Positions 31,465 through 41,680 of a DNA stretch of 64,000 bases are shown here, in pieces. The DNA comes from a virus (lineage: Duplodnaviria; Caudoviricetes). The position numbers were made by a program, and so were the translations under genes. Where the stretch lies: the IMG/VR virus record IMGVR_UViG_3300032300_000824, positions 65,885 to 129,884 of that record, one strand, 5' to 3'. Each line of letters begins with the position of its first letter. The first letter of the stretch is position 1. The notes beneath the pieces are model-generated. The model was given only the letters and a program-made list of their open reading frames with translations. It did not search any database and was not told the origin of the DNA.

Positions 31465-32106
31465 TTAGTATTTTTCTCTGGCTAGTTTTTTGTTCTTTTC
31501 CAAACTTTCCCATTTATTCTTTATTTCATAGTTAGCTACTCTAAGATCATCATCATGAGGATTATGGTATATATAATATGGAATTTTAGTCATCATTATT
31601 TTAGTGTTTATCTTTGACATTCTGAAATAAATATCATTATCATCTCCTCCCCACCCAACTAATCTTTCGTCATATCCGTTCACAGAGTCAAATAATTTTT
31701 TAGAGAAAAAAACTATACCAAAATGTTCTGGTGTTGAATCTTCCCCACAGTAAAAACTATTGTCAAGATTTTTTGTCATGTCTTCAAGTATAAGAGGAAA
31801 ATTGTTGTTTATAAGTATATGGTCTATATCTAGTTTCAAAATATAATTATTTTTACAACTATTAATGGCTATATTATAAGCAGCCGGTTGATTGAAGTAT
31901 TTTTCATTATCTACTCTAATAACCTTAATATTATTTTTTGAAGAGAGAAGATTTTTGATTTCTTCATTTTCCATAATTGGAGAAGAGGATGACCAATCTA
32001 CAAGAACTATATCGTTAAATATGTTATGAATAGACCATGAATAAAGACAGTCAAAAACTCTATCTGTTCTGTTCATTACTGTTAAAGCTATAGATATATT
32101 ATTCAT
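31465..32106 (-). CDS. GT2/galactosyltransferase-like protein
   Basis: MNR, VDWSS, LDID, GYDE..GWGGDD. Confidence 0.75.
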   Translation of the reverse strand: MNNISIALTVMNRTDRVFDCLYSWSIHNIFNDIVLVDWSSSSPIMENEEIKNLLSSKNNIKVIRVDNEKYFNQPAAYNIAINSCKNNYILKLDIDHILINNNFPLILEDMTKNLDNSFYCGEDSTPEHFGIVFFSKKLFDSVNGYDERLVGWGGDDNDIYFRMSKINTKIMMTKIPYYIYHNPHDDDLRVANYEIKNKWESLEKNKKLAREKY

Positions 32107-32663
32107 GATTGTTTAATAGTATACCAGCTAGAGTCAGAGAAAGTATGAAAATTTAGTTTTTGTCTGGTCATGAATTCGTCAATCGCCAATTTTGTTCCGG
32201 GATGAGCAGATGAATAATCGTGTCCAGATAATATCCCTCCATTAATTATTTTAGGATACCACATATCTATATCAGACTTAACATATTCATAGTCATGATT
32301 TCCGTCTATATATACCATATCAATAGAATTATCAAGAAATTTTTTGGCAGCTTGTTCAGAAAATTCTTTTAGTTTAACACATTTATTAGATTCTATAAAC
32401 GGTTTTAGTCTAGTATCAAAAGTTTTTTCATATATTGGATTTTGATTCCATGGATCTACGCAATACATTTTTTCAATTAATTCATATGCTAAGAATATGG
32501 TTGTTGATTCTCCAAGATGAGATCCTATTTCTACTAATGTTGAAATTTTAGATCTCTCTTTTGAAATACTATTCATCATCCCAATCAGTCCCACAATTTG
32601 ATAACAATCTAGTGGTTGCCACCAAGGAAAGAACCTAACCGACATATATTGACTAATGTTCAT
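32103..32663 (-). CDS. Class I SAM methyltransferase (Methyltransf_24-like)
   Basis: VEIGSHLGES, YIDGNH.YE.V, GHDY. Confidence 0.8.
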   Translation of the reverse strand: MNISQYMSVRFFPWWQPLDCYQIVGLIGMMNSISKERSKISTLVEIGSHLGESTTIFLAYELIEKMYCVDPWNQNPIYEKTFDTRLKPFIESNKCVKLKEFSEQAAKKFLDNSIDMVYIDGNHDYEYVKSDIDMWYPKIINGGILSGHDYSSAHPGTKLAIDEFMTRQKLNFHTFSDSSWYTIKQS

Positions 32664-32910
32664 ATTTTTCCCATTTCTTAAGAGGACATTCCTGATCTGC
32701 CCAAGCTAATTTATTCATAAATTCTTTTTTCTTAGATAGGTTACATCCGCAGACAGAACACTGATTATTTTCTCTGTCAAATTGATCGCAAGAAATACAA
32801 ATAGTCCACCTTCTATCTATTTCCTTTTGTGGAGACTTTGGAAATCCAGACCAAACATGAAACCATAAAGATTTAAGAAAGGTTTTTATTTTGAGTAGCT
32901 GAGTGTACAT
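32653..32910 (-). CDS. Small Cys-rich protein
   Basis: ICISC, CSVCGC, CPLKKW. Confidence 0.65.
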   Translation of the reverse strand: MYTQLLKIKTFLKSLWFHVWSGFPKSPQKEIDRRWTICISCDQFDRENNQCSVCGCNLSKKKEFMNKLAWADQECPLKKWEKYEH

Positions 32911-33130
32911 TAGTAATATTTTTTATGGGATAGAAATTATTTTCTTTATCAATAGAGTAAAGACTAGATTCATTAACAATAGTATTGCCTTTAAGCCAAT
33001 TTAAAAATCCTGTATTTAGATCTACACAACACCTATCTCCATTTTTCTTAAAATCACACGTAACAACATATGATTTATCTAGATAAATAAAGCAATCAGC
33101 ATTGGAGAGTTCTTCTATGTATTTTTCCAT
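32873..33130 (-). CDS. Hypothetical protein
   Basis: ORF track. Confidence 0.65.
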   Translation of the reverse strand: MEKYIEELSNADCFIYLDKSYVVTCDFKKNGDRCCVDLNTGFLNWLKGNTIVNESSLYSIDKENNFYPIKNITNVHSATQNKNLS

Positions 33131-33132
33131 GC

Positions 33133-33345
33133 TTATTTATACTTGTCTAGTTCGTCTTCCCAGTCTTCCCAAAGTTCTTCTTGAACCATATCTGTTTTTC
33201 TAGATCTAAATTCATTCTTGATTTTATTTCTAATTCTTAGATCGTCTGAACTTTCTTTTTGGACTGGTCCTGATTTCTTTTTGTTGAAATTCTGTCTACG
33301 AATAGACTTACGATCTTCATCGTCTCTGTTTCTTGGTTCGGACAT
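33133..33345 (-). CDS. Small charged protein
   Basis: Start moved to MSEPRN, which has a GGAG RBS and an upstream promoter. Confidence 0.6.
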   Translation of the reverse strand: MSEPRNRDDEDRKSIRRQNFNKKKSGPVQKESSDDLRIRNKIKNEFRSRKTDMVQEELWEDWEDELDKYK

Positions 33346-33392
33346 GACTACAAACAAGGCTCCTGAAATCAAATTGTTAGCGATACACAAAT

Positions 33393-33420
33393 ATAATACA
33401 CAGATCGAACCGTCTGTCAA
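33393..33420 (-). promoter_or_regulatory. sigma70-like promoter TTGACA-16-TATTAT
   Basis: At the divergence point; CGAT in spacer. Confidence 0.55.
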
Positions 33421-33546
33421 TATACTTAAGTGGATCAATTCTAAAAATTTAGCGTCTTGACAGTGGTAAAAATTCTCTTATGTATTATGCAGGTCGAAAT
33501 GAATAACTCTTAGGTACTAATAACACCAACTCTAATACACACCTCT

Positions 33547-35199
33547 ATGCATAATACAACTCTGGTTACTGGTATATGGGATCTCGGAAGATCTAATCTG
33601 GATGAGGGATGGTCAAGAAAATTCGACCATTATATTGATAATTTTAAGAAACTATTAGAGGCTACTAAAGACACTAATCTTTGTGTTTTTATAGACAAAG
33701 AGCATGAAGGAATAGTGTGGGACATAAGAGATAGGTCTAACACAGCTGTAATACCTACTCCAGTATCTCATTTTAATAGTAATTTCTTTCCTTTCTATGA
33801 TGAAGTTCAGAAAATAAGAACAAATCCAGAGTGGTTGAATCAAACAGGATGGTTAAAAGACAGTACTCAAGCAAAAATGCCTTGGTATAATCCAATGGTA
33901 ATGAGTAAAATGTTTATGCTGCATAATGCTAAATGTTTTGATATTTTTAATACAGACTATTATTATTGGATTGATGGTGGAATTACCAACACTGTGCATC
34001 CAGGGTATTTTTACCACGATAAAGTATTGGATAAAATAGAAAAAAACACTAATAAATTCTTATTTATCTGTTTTCCATATGAGACCACGTCTGAAATTCA
34101 TGGTTTTGATATAAATGGAATGAAAAAATTTGCTAGATCAGATACTGTAAATAGAGTTGCAAGAGGAGGATTCTTTGGAGGACATAAAGAATATCTTTCT
34201 TATGCAAATGATATGTACTATGGCCTCTTAAGAGATACTCTCCATGAAGGATATATGGGTACTGAGGAAAGTATCTTTACTCTTATGACTTATTTAGATC
34301 CAGATATATTCCAATATGAATCAATTAATGATAATGGTCTTGTTGGAACGTTTTTTGAAAATATGAAAACGGATGTAATATCTAATCCACAGAGTAAAAA
34401 ACAAGTCATACATGAGAATAATGATATTGTAATCTATATCAATGCATTTAATTCTCCAGAACAATTACAAATGGTCTGTGATTCTTTTGAAAAATATGAT
34501 AAGAGCTTCCTTACAGATACAAAAATCTATCTAATTAATAATACAAATAAGGAAGATCTGTTTCCTGCCTATGATGCAATATCAGAAAAATATGGTTTTA
34601 CAGAAATAAGAAAAGGAAATATAGGAGTTTGTGGTGGCCGTCAGTTAGCGGCAGAACATTTTGCCGAATTGAAATCAAAATACATGTTATTTTTTGAAGA
34701 TGATATGTTGGTAGATTTAAATCCAACACAGTATTGTAAATTTGGCTTTAGAAAATATGTCAATAATCTGCTTAAAACTTGCGTATCTATTATGGATAGG
34801 GAGAACTATGATTTTCTCAAGCTGACTTTTAGTGAATTTTATGGAAATAATTCAGAGCAGTGGGCTTGGCATAATGTTCCGATGCAGAAAAAAATAGAAT
34901 ATTTTGGAGATATTAAAAAGAGACCGCTCACAGATTTCAATAATATAAAATCTTTTAACAATATTCCTTATATCGAAGGAGAGGTTTACTATTCCAACTG
35001 GCCCCATATTATAGGGCAAGAAGGTAATAAGAAATTATTCCTAGACACTAAGTGGGCTCACCCGTTTGAACAAACATGGATGAGTCACATTTATACACTA
35101 ACAAAACAGGGTTTAGTAAATCCTGCAATTTTACTAGCTAGTCCAATTACTCATAACAGGGTGCATTTCTATGAAGCGTCGGAAAGAAAAGAAAACTGA
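33547..35199 (+). CDS. HtrL/YibB-like domain fused to GT-A-like domain
   Basis: TLVTG.WD..R, YWIDGG, GGFFGG, GTEES; C-half FFEDD. Confidence 0.7.
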   Translation: MHNTTLVTGIWDLGRSNLDEGWSRKFDHYIDNFKKLLEATKDTNLCVFIDKEHEGIVWDIRDRSNTAVIPTPVSHFNSNFFPFYDEVQKIRTNPEWLNQTGWLKDSTQAKMPWYNPMVMSKMFMLHNAKCFDIFNTDYYYWIDGGITNTVHPGYFYHDKVLDKIEKNTNKFLFICFPYETTSEIHGFDINGMKKFARSDTVNRVARGGFFGGHKEYLSYANDMYYGLLRDTLHEGYMGTEESIFTLMTYLDPDIFQYESINDNGLVGTFFENMKTDVISNPQSKKQVIHENNDIVIYINAFNSPEQLQMVCDSFEKYDKSFLTDTKIYLINNTNKEDLFPAYDAISEKYGFTEIRKGNIGVCGGRQLAAEHFAELKSKYMLFFEDDMLVDLNPTQYCKFGFRKYVNNLLKTCVSIMDRENYDFLKLTFSEFYGNNSEQWAWHNVPMQKKIEYFGDIKKRPLTDFNNIKSFNNIPYIEGEVYYSNWPHIIGQEGNKKLFLDTKWAHPFEQTWMSHIYTLTKQGLVNPAILLASPITHNRVHFYEASERKEN

Positions 35200-36448
35200 A
35201 AATTTAATCTTTGTACAGATTGCATCTTACAGAGACCCAGAGCTAACAAAAACCCTCAAAGATATGCTTGATAAGGCTACCTATCCTGAAAATTTAAGGA
35301 TTGGAATATCTTGGCAGCATAGTGATGCTGATGACTGGGATAAGCTAGATGACTATAAGGATGATAAGAGGTTTAGAATCTTAGATATCAATTATAAAGA
35401 CTCTAAAGGTGTCTGTTGGGCAAGAAACGCTGTTCAGCAACTTTATGATGGAGAAAAATATACTCTTCAACTAGACTCTCATCATAGATTTGAAAAAGGA
35501 TGGGATGATACTCTAATTAAAATGTTAACAGACTTACAAAAAGAAGGTATTCCAAAGCCTTTGATCACTGGATATATTCCAAGTTTTGATCCTGAAAATG
35601 ACCCAGAAAAAAGAGTTCAAGAACCATGGAAGATGAATTTTGACAGATTCATTCCAGAGGGAGCAATTTTCTTTCTTCCTGCATCATTTGATTCCTTTAA
35701 TGACAAAGATAGACCAGTTAGAGGAAGATTTTATTCTGCTCATTTTGCCTTTACTGTTGGAGAATTTTGTAAAGAAGTTCCTCATGATCCTAATTACTAC
35801 TTTCATGGAGAAGAAATTAGTATAGCTGTTAGAGCATATACTCATGGTTATGATATTTTTCATCCACACAAGGTTGTTTGTTGGCATGAATATACCAGAA
35901 AGGGTAGATCAAAACAATGGGATGATGATCCAGTATGGCCCCAAAGAAATAATGACTGTCATTTAAGAAACAGAAAATTATTCGAAATGGATGGTCTTAC
36001 TAACGATATTGATTTCGGTCCTTTTGGGTTTGGTAAAAAGAGAACAGTAGAAGATTATGAAAGATATGCAGGAATATCTTTTAAGAGACGAGCTGTTCAA
36101 AGATATACTCTTGATCATAAAGAACCAGCAAATCCTACCTTTGAAAACAATGAAGAATATCAAGCTTCTTTTCTAAACATTTTTAAGCACTGCATAGACA
36201 TTGGATATACTCAGGTTCCAGAAACAGACTATGATTTCTGGTGCGTTGCTTTTAAAGACGAAAATGATAATGATATCTTTAGAAAAGATGCTGACGAATC
36301 AGAAATAGCTAGAATGAAAAATGACCCAGACAATTACTGTAAAGTATGGAGAGAATTTTCAACAGAAGTTAAACCAAAAAAATGGGTGGTTTGGCCTCAC
36401 AGTAAGTCCAAAGGCTGGTGTGATATAATTCAGGGTAATCTTCCATGA
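35171..36448 (+). CDS. GT60-like GlcNAc transferase (Skp1-hydroxyproline GlcNAc-T family)
   Basis: IFVQIASYRDPEL, GVCWAR, LQLDSHHRF, FHGEEI. Confidence 0.8.
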   Translation: MKRRKEKKTENLIFVQIASYRDPELTKTLKDMLDKATYPENLRIGISWQHSDADDWDKLDDYKDDKRFRILDINYKDSKGVCWARNAVQQLYDGEKYTLQLDSHHRFEKGWDDTLIKMLTDLQKEGIPKPLITGYIPSFDPENDPEKRVQEPWKMNFDRFIPEGAIFFLPASFDSFNDKDRPVRGRFYSAHFAFTVGEFCKEVPHDPNYYFHGEEISIAVRAYTHGYDIFHPHKVVCWHEYTRKGRSKQWDDDPVWPQRNNDCHLRNRKLFEMDGLTNDIDFGPFGFGKKRTVEDYERYAGISFKRRAVQRYTLDHKEPANPTFENNEEYQASFLNIFKHCIDIGYTQVPETDYDFWCVAFKDENDNDIFRKDADESEIARMKNDPDNYCKVWREFSTEVKPKKWVVWPHSKSKGWCDIIQGNLP

Positions 36449-37452
36449 CAACACTCAGAATCCACAGAGTAGATAATGTGGATTGGGGCAGATATCATTC
36501 TCCTTGGTTTAAAAAATTTGGAAAATTTTTATCACAATATTTCGATATTGATTGGATAGATTATTCTGTTAATTCGTCTTCGAGTTCAACAGCTAATTTA
36601 CTCAATGAAGTAAAACATTTTGGTAAGAATCCAATGATAAGCGATGTTGATTGTATAATCGAGAATACTTCTAATAACGAGTATGTTGTTTTATCTTTCA
36701 CAGAGTTCTTTAACTCTTACGTTGTACATCAGATATCTTCTCCTTTATGTAAGTCTTTACTATTATCTCATTTTAATTATAACTCTTTATTTAAATGGCT
36801 AAAAAAAGATAATCTTTTAGACAAAATAAACATTATTAAACCTTGGTTTTTTGGTTCTTTTCAAGAATACGATATTGATAAATACAGAGATATAAGAAAG
36901 AATAATCTTCATAAAAAAGAATTATTTTGGAAAGGTTTAGGAACAGGAGTCTTTCCGGGACACGAAATATATAGAGACACAATTAATCATATTGGTCATG
37001 ATATTATTAGACCAAACTATATATTTGATTTTGAATCATACATGACTGAATTGTGTATTCATAAGATAGCTTTATCCTTCTATTTAGACTTAAGCAAAAC
37101 ACACGATGCTTTCAATTATCCAGGAGAATATTGCTACAGAGATATGGAGTATTGTTCTGTTGGATTACCATTTTTAAGAATAGAATATAAGGATTGTTTA
37201 CATGAGGGATTAATTGCAAACAAACATTATCTATCTATAGATAGAGAAGAAACACACTCTATGTTTAATAAAAATGGGAATAAAGGAGTTGCAGAATTAA
37301 TTAGATCAAAATATTTTGAATATATAGAAGAAAAAGAATTACTAGATTATGTTAGCAACAATCAAATTGATTGGTTTAATAAAAATGCTAGATGGCCTAA
37401 TAGCGCACATTTAACACTTCAACTATCGGGGATTGACAAATGGATCTCATGA
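36445..37452 (+). CDS. Hypothetical protein, probable glycosyltransferase
   Basis: GEYCYRDMEY..VG.P motif resembling a GT-B C-terminus; cluster context. Confidence 0.55.
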   Translation: MTTLRIHRVDNVDWGRYHSPWFKKFGKFLSQYFDIDWIDYSVNSSSSSTANLLNEVKHFGKNPMISDVDCIIENTSNNEYVVLSFTEFFNSYVVHQISSPLCKSLLLSHFNYNSLFKWLKKDNLLDKINIIKPWFFGSFQEYDIDKYRDIRKNNLHKKELFWKGLGTGVFPGHEIYRDTINHIGHDIIRPNYIFDFESYMTELCIHKIALSFYLDLSKTHDAFNYPGEYCYRDMEYCSVGLPFLRIEYKDCLHEGLIANKHYLSIDREETHSMFNKNGNKGVAELIRSKYFEYIEEKELLDYVSNNQIDWFNKNARWPNSAHLTLQLSGIDKWIS

Positions 37453-38321
37453 ACGATCTGACTATAACAACCTGTTTATATTATGATTTATTCGGCACAG
37501 AATTTGGCGGTCGCCACGGCCCAAGATATAAATATTTTTATGGCCTATTATCTATGCTTAAGATGAACTGCCCAGTAGTACTATATTGCTGGGAAAAAGA
37601 TATTCAAGAAATAAAAGATTTTATAGACACAGAAACAAACGGAGAAAGAAAGAATCAAATTCATTTTGAAGCTTTCGATCTATATAAGAGTCCTCTTTAT
37701 GAAACAATCAAGAGTATCAAGGATATAGAAGCTCAAAAAAAATCAGATAGATCTTTTGATGTGTCAATGAATAAGATGGTTATGCTAAAAAGAACTATCG
37801 AATCCAACCCTTTTAACAGCAAATATTTTTATTTTATTGATGCTGGACTATCTAGCTCTTCTTTATTTCCAAATAAATACTTAACAAATCAACAAGACCC
37901 AGTAAAAAGATATTACGAATGTTCTTTATTTAGTCCTATAGTAAGTAAAAATTTAATAAAACTAGCAAAAGAAGACAAGATGGTTTTATGGAAAATATCT
38001 CAATGGACCAACTATATAGATCAATCCCACTGTACAAGACACAATGGAGATTCTATCATAGCTGGAATCTTTGGCTCAACTGCTGATACTGTCAACAGAT
38101 ATGCAGATGATGTTATTGAAAGATTTACTTTTGTAGTACAGACATATAAAACACTATACTTAGAAGAACCTATAATGACTATCCTTTATCAAGAAAATCC
38201 AGAGAAATATAAAACTGTTGATTTTGATGTTTGGTATCATGAAAATAGTGGAGATGTCTTTCAACCAATGATAGTAGGTAAAAAAAGCTTTTTTAACACT
38301 TTTGAGGAATTAAACAAATGA
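37440..38321 (+). CDS. HtrL/YibB-like protein
   Basis: NPFNSKYFYFIDAG, AGIFG, EEPIM. Confidence 0.7.
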   Translation: MDLMNDLTITTCLYYDLFGTEFGGRHGPRYKYFYGLLSMLKMNCPVVLYCWEKDIQEIKDFIDTETNGERKNQIHFEAFDLYKSPLYETIKSIKDIEAQKKSDRSFDVSMNKMVMLKRTIESNPFNSKYFYFIDAGLSSSSLFPNKYLTNQQDPVKRYYECSLFSPIVSKNLIKLAKEDKMVLWKISQWTNYIDQSHCTRHNGDSIIAGIFGSTADTVNRYADDVIERFTFVVQTYKTLYLEEPIMTILYQENPEKYKTVDFDVWYHENSGDVFQPMIVGKKSFFNTFEELNK

Positions 38322-38986
38322 GTAAATGCGACTGGATGGGCAGGTTGTTAGACGAGAATGATTCCTATATAGATATTAACGGAAACTCTATGAGCGGCTG
38401 TTGCTCTTACGAGGGCATCACGGTGATGCAGCATCCTGACGTATTTAAAGTTTTGGAATCCATGCTCATAGAGATTAAACCAGCCCGCATACTGGAAATA
38501 GGAACTGCGGCTGGTGGTCTTACTTTGTTCTTTAGACATTGTTTAGATAGAATTGGATTAGAATCTTCTCCTATTAAAACATTTGATATCTATCCCTCAG
38601 ATACCCATGCTTCTCTAAGTGTTTTTCCAACAATATCTGTTAGTTATGAAAATTTATTCAACAAAGACTATAATCAATTAATAAAACCTGAATTAGTTGT
38701 TGATTATATAGCTTCCCCTGGAACAACTCTTGTCATTTGTGATGGTGGAAATAAAGTAACAGAATTTAATCAATTATCTGAACATTTGAAAGTTGGAGAC
38801 TATATAATGGCTCATGACTATGCTGAAAGTTCAGAATTTTTTGCTAACCATGTGGTTAATAAAATTTGGTGTTGGATGGAGATTAATGAATCCAATATTA
38901 AAGATTCCTGTGAAAAATATAATCTTGAACCATTCATGAAAGAAGAACTACAAAACATCGTCTGGACTTGCAAAAAGAAAGTATAA
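38318..38986 (+). CDS. CmcI-like SAM methyltransferase
   Basis: ILEIGTAAGGLT, CDGG, AHDY. Confidence 0.7.
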   Translation: MSKCDWMGRLLDENDSYIDINGNSMSGCCSYEGITVMQHPDVFKVLESMLIEIKPARILEIGTAAGGLTLFFRHCLDRIGLESSPIKTFDIYPSDTHASLSVFPTISVSYENLFNKDYNQLIKPELVVDYIASPGTTLVICDGGNKVTEFNQLSEHLKVGDYIMAHDYAESSEFFANHVVNKIWCWMEINESNIKDSCEKYNLEPFMKEELQNIVWTCKKKV

Positions 38987-38987
38987 T

Positions 38988-39722
38988 ATGCAAACATTAT
39001 TAAAAGCTAGTGACATTAAAACAAAAGACCATTTCGGAATTAACGACATTGTATTGCATGGATTAGGCAAATATAATGATAAAAACTTTGTACTAAAAAT
39101 TGGTGCTTGTGACGGAGTTTTTGACGATCTGACATGGGGATGGATAAGTGCTTATAGTATGGACTGCTTATTTATAGAGCCAATAAAAGATCGATATGAA
39201 GATTTACAAAAAAATACTAAAGATCTTAGGGGAAATATTTTAGTAGAAAATTGTGCTATTCATGAAACTGATGGCGAAATAGAAATGGTTATAATTCCAA
39301 AAGATTATCTCGAAAAAGAAACCCCAACAGGCGCTTTTTGTAATAAAGCTCTTTATGGGATGAGTAGTGTCTACCCTCCAAAAAATGGGCTCTTGAAGAA
39401 TGAGCATGACGCAAAGATACTGGAAGAGATAGGACTAAAACAAAAAGTATCTTGCTATACATTGAATTCTGTTTTAAATAAACACAACATCTTAAAAATT
39501 GATTTATTGAGTATAGACACAGAGGGACATGACTACATTATTTTTAAACAATTTGATTTTAGTAAATATACTCCATTGTGGTTTGAAGTAGAAATAATAA
39601 ATCTTCAACCAGAAGAAATAGAAGAAATAAATAATATAGCAAAGTCTAATGGCTATTATACATACGGAGATTCTCGTGACTTATATGGAGTAAACTATTC
39701 GTTAATTAATTGGAATGAATAG
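38988..39722 (+). CDS. FkbM-family methyltransferase
   Basis: IGACDG, IEP, IDTEGHD. Confidence 0.8.
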   Translation: MQTLLKASDIKTKDHFGINDIVLHGLGKYNDKNFVLKIGACDGVFDDLTWGWISAYSMDCLFIEPIKDRYEDLQKNTKDLRGNILVENCAIHETDGEIEMVIIPKDYLEKETPTGAFCNKALYGMSSVYPPKNGLLKNEHDAKILEEIGLKQKVSCYTLNSVLNKHNILKIDLLSIDTEGHDYIIFKQFDFSKYTPLWFEVEIINLQPEEIEEINNIAKSNGYYTYGDSRDLYGVNYSLINWNE

Positions 39723-40389
39723 TATGATACAAGATAGTGCTGGAAGAAATATGGATGTTAATGGAAGATATATAGATAATGAAGGGCATGTCATAACTGG
39801 TGCCTGTTTCTATAATGGTGTGTTAACCATGCAACACAGAAAAGCTTTTGAAGTTTTTGAATCATTTTTATCAGAGGTTAGACCATCAAGAATCATAGAA
39901 ATAGGAACATCTCACGGAGGACTAACATTATTTCTTAGACACACCTTGAACAATCTTGGCTTGAAAGATAGCTTAATCAGAACTTTTGACATAAATCAAT
40001 TTACTTCTCATTACATACTAAAAGAAGAAAAAAACTTAGAACTAATACATGATAATATCTTTAGTTCTGACTATTTAACTTTAATTAATTCGTCTCCCAT
40101 AGAAGAGTTCTTGTCTACAGAGGGAACTAACGTTATTCTTTGTGATGGAGGAAATAAAGTAAGCGAGTTTAACTTATTGTCTCAATTCTTAAAACCTAAT
40201 GACTTTATTTTAGCTCATGACTATTGTAGTAATCTAGAAGTCTTCAAAGATAAAATTTTAAATAAGATTTGGTGCTGGCTTGAGATACAGGATGACGATA
40301 TACTTAATAGCTGTCAGAGATACAACTTGGAGTCCTACATGGAGGAAACATTCTCAAATATAGTTTGGGTTTGCAAGCAAAAGAAATGA
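39715..40389 (+). CDS. CmcI-like SAM methyltransferase (paralog of 38318-38986)
   Basis: IEIGTSHGGLT, CDGGNKV.EFN, AHDY, KIWCW.EI shared with the paralog. Confidence 0.7.
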   Translation: MNSMIQDSAGRNMDVNGRYIDNEGHVITGACFYNGVLTMQHRKAFEVFESFLSEVRPSRIIEIGTSHGGLTLFLRHTLNNLGLKDSLIRTFDINQFTSHYILKEEKNLELIHDNIFSSDYLTLINSSPIEEFLSTEGTNVILCDGGNKVSEFNLLSQFLKPNDFILAHDYCSNLEVFKDKILNKIWCWLEIQDDDILNSCQRYNLESYMEETFSNIVWVCKQKK

Positions 40390-40775
40390 AACTTTTAATA
40401 GCTCTATTATTTTTTGGAATCTATATCAATCCGTGCTTTGCTCAATACGGATCTGAACACGTTAACCCATTTGGAGCATTACCATATATAGGTATGCCTC
40501 AAACTGCTGCTTCAGCTAATGGCAATAGTCAATCTGCCATCATTGCTGCAAATGGAGGTTATGCTGTTGATATGTCTTTATCCAGAATAAATGATCAAAC
40601 AGCATATAGTATGATGCTTGATAATCATACCAAAAAAATAGATACTTATTTTAATGGTAGGTCTAGCAATGCTTACTATAGAGATATGGAAGAATGGAGA
40701 AAGAAAGAAAAAGCTTATCTAAAGAGAATAGGTCTCTGGAACAGACAGACTATTGACTACATATATGGTCGCTAA
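40386..40775 (+). CDS. Secreted hypothetical protein
   Basis: Signal peptide MKLLIALLFF; ATG overlaps previous stop. Confidence 0.65.
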   Translation: MKLLIALLFFGIYINPCFAQYGSEHVNPFGALPYIGMPQTAASANGNSQSAIIAANGGYAVDMSLSRINDQTAYSMMLDNHTKKIDTYFNGRSSNAYYRDMEEWRKKEKAYLKRIGLWNRQTIDYIYGR

Positions 40776-40777
40776 AA

Positions 40778-41680
40778 CTATGGTACTGGAACCAAAATTC
40801 CATACCCCTCATATTTTCTAATGCCCTTATACTTTGGATTGCTCAAATGCATACTCTTAGTTTTGAATAATTCAATATAATCCTCTTTAGTTTCTAGTTT
40901 ATCCTTAAAATAAGACTTAGCTAGAGCAGCACATCCCACAGCAAACGGATTGCTCATACTAGTCCCACTCATCTTAGCATAAGTATTTCCGGGATAACAG
41001 CTTAATATATCATGACCAGGAGATAAAAAGTCTAATTCTTCTCCACTACAAGTAAAATTTGTTCTCTCCAAATTCTCATCTATCGCACCGATACTAATTG
41101 GATAATCATATTTTGCTGGATATAAAATATCTGAGTTTTCTCCAGAGTTCCCAGCTGCACAAAAAACTATTATATTTTTAGACCTAGCATATTCTATTGC
41201 ATTCTCTAGTCTTTTATTTGGACTAGGAGAGCCTAAAGACATAGTAATAAAATCAACATTTTGATCTACAGACCAGTATATTCCTTTTATAATATCTTCA
41301 TTTCTTCCACTACCTTTATCATTTAGTGCTTTTACAGGCAAGATCTTTGCTTTAGGAGCAACGCCCACCATTCCTAATCCGTTATTTTCTGCTGCAATAG
41401 TTCCCGCAACGTGAGTCCCATGACCATTTTTATCTATGGGCTCTTTATTTGGCTCTACTAAATTGATACCTTGTAATAGATTATTTTTGATATCGTCATG
41501 AAATAGATCGCACCCTGTGTCGATAACCGAAACCTTTATATCTTCTCCCTGAGAAAATTTCCATCTACTAATAATATCAAATTTCTGTATTTCCCATCCA
41601 TAGAATTGTTTATCTTGAGGAGATAGTCCATAGACTACTTCTGATTTATACGGAAGTAATGATACATTATTTCTTTTCAT
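40778..41680 (-). CDS. Subtilisin-like (S8) serine protease
   Basis: IDTG, HGTHVAG, AAGN, GTSMS. Confidence 0.92.
   Translation of the reverse strand: MKRNNVSLLPYKSEVVYGLSPQDKQFYGWEIQKFDIISRWKFSQGEDIKVSVIDTGCDLFHDDIKNNLLQGINLVEPNKEPIDKNGHGTHVAGTIAAENNGLGMVGVAPKAKILPVKALNDKGSGRNEDIIKGIYWSVDQNVDFITMSLGSPSPNKRLENAIEYARSKNIIVFCAAGNSGENSDILYPAKYDYPISIGAIDENLERTNFTCSGEELDFLSPGHDILSCYPGNTYAKMSGTSMSNPFAVGCAALAKSYFKDKLETKEDYIELFKTKSMHLSNPKYKGIRKYEGYGILVPVP

Noticed and set aside
33457-33488. Plus-strand sigma70 promoter for the inverted cassette
   Set aside because: TTGACA is present but the best -10 (TATTAT) is 20 nt away, so it was not listed as a feature.
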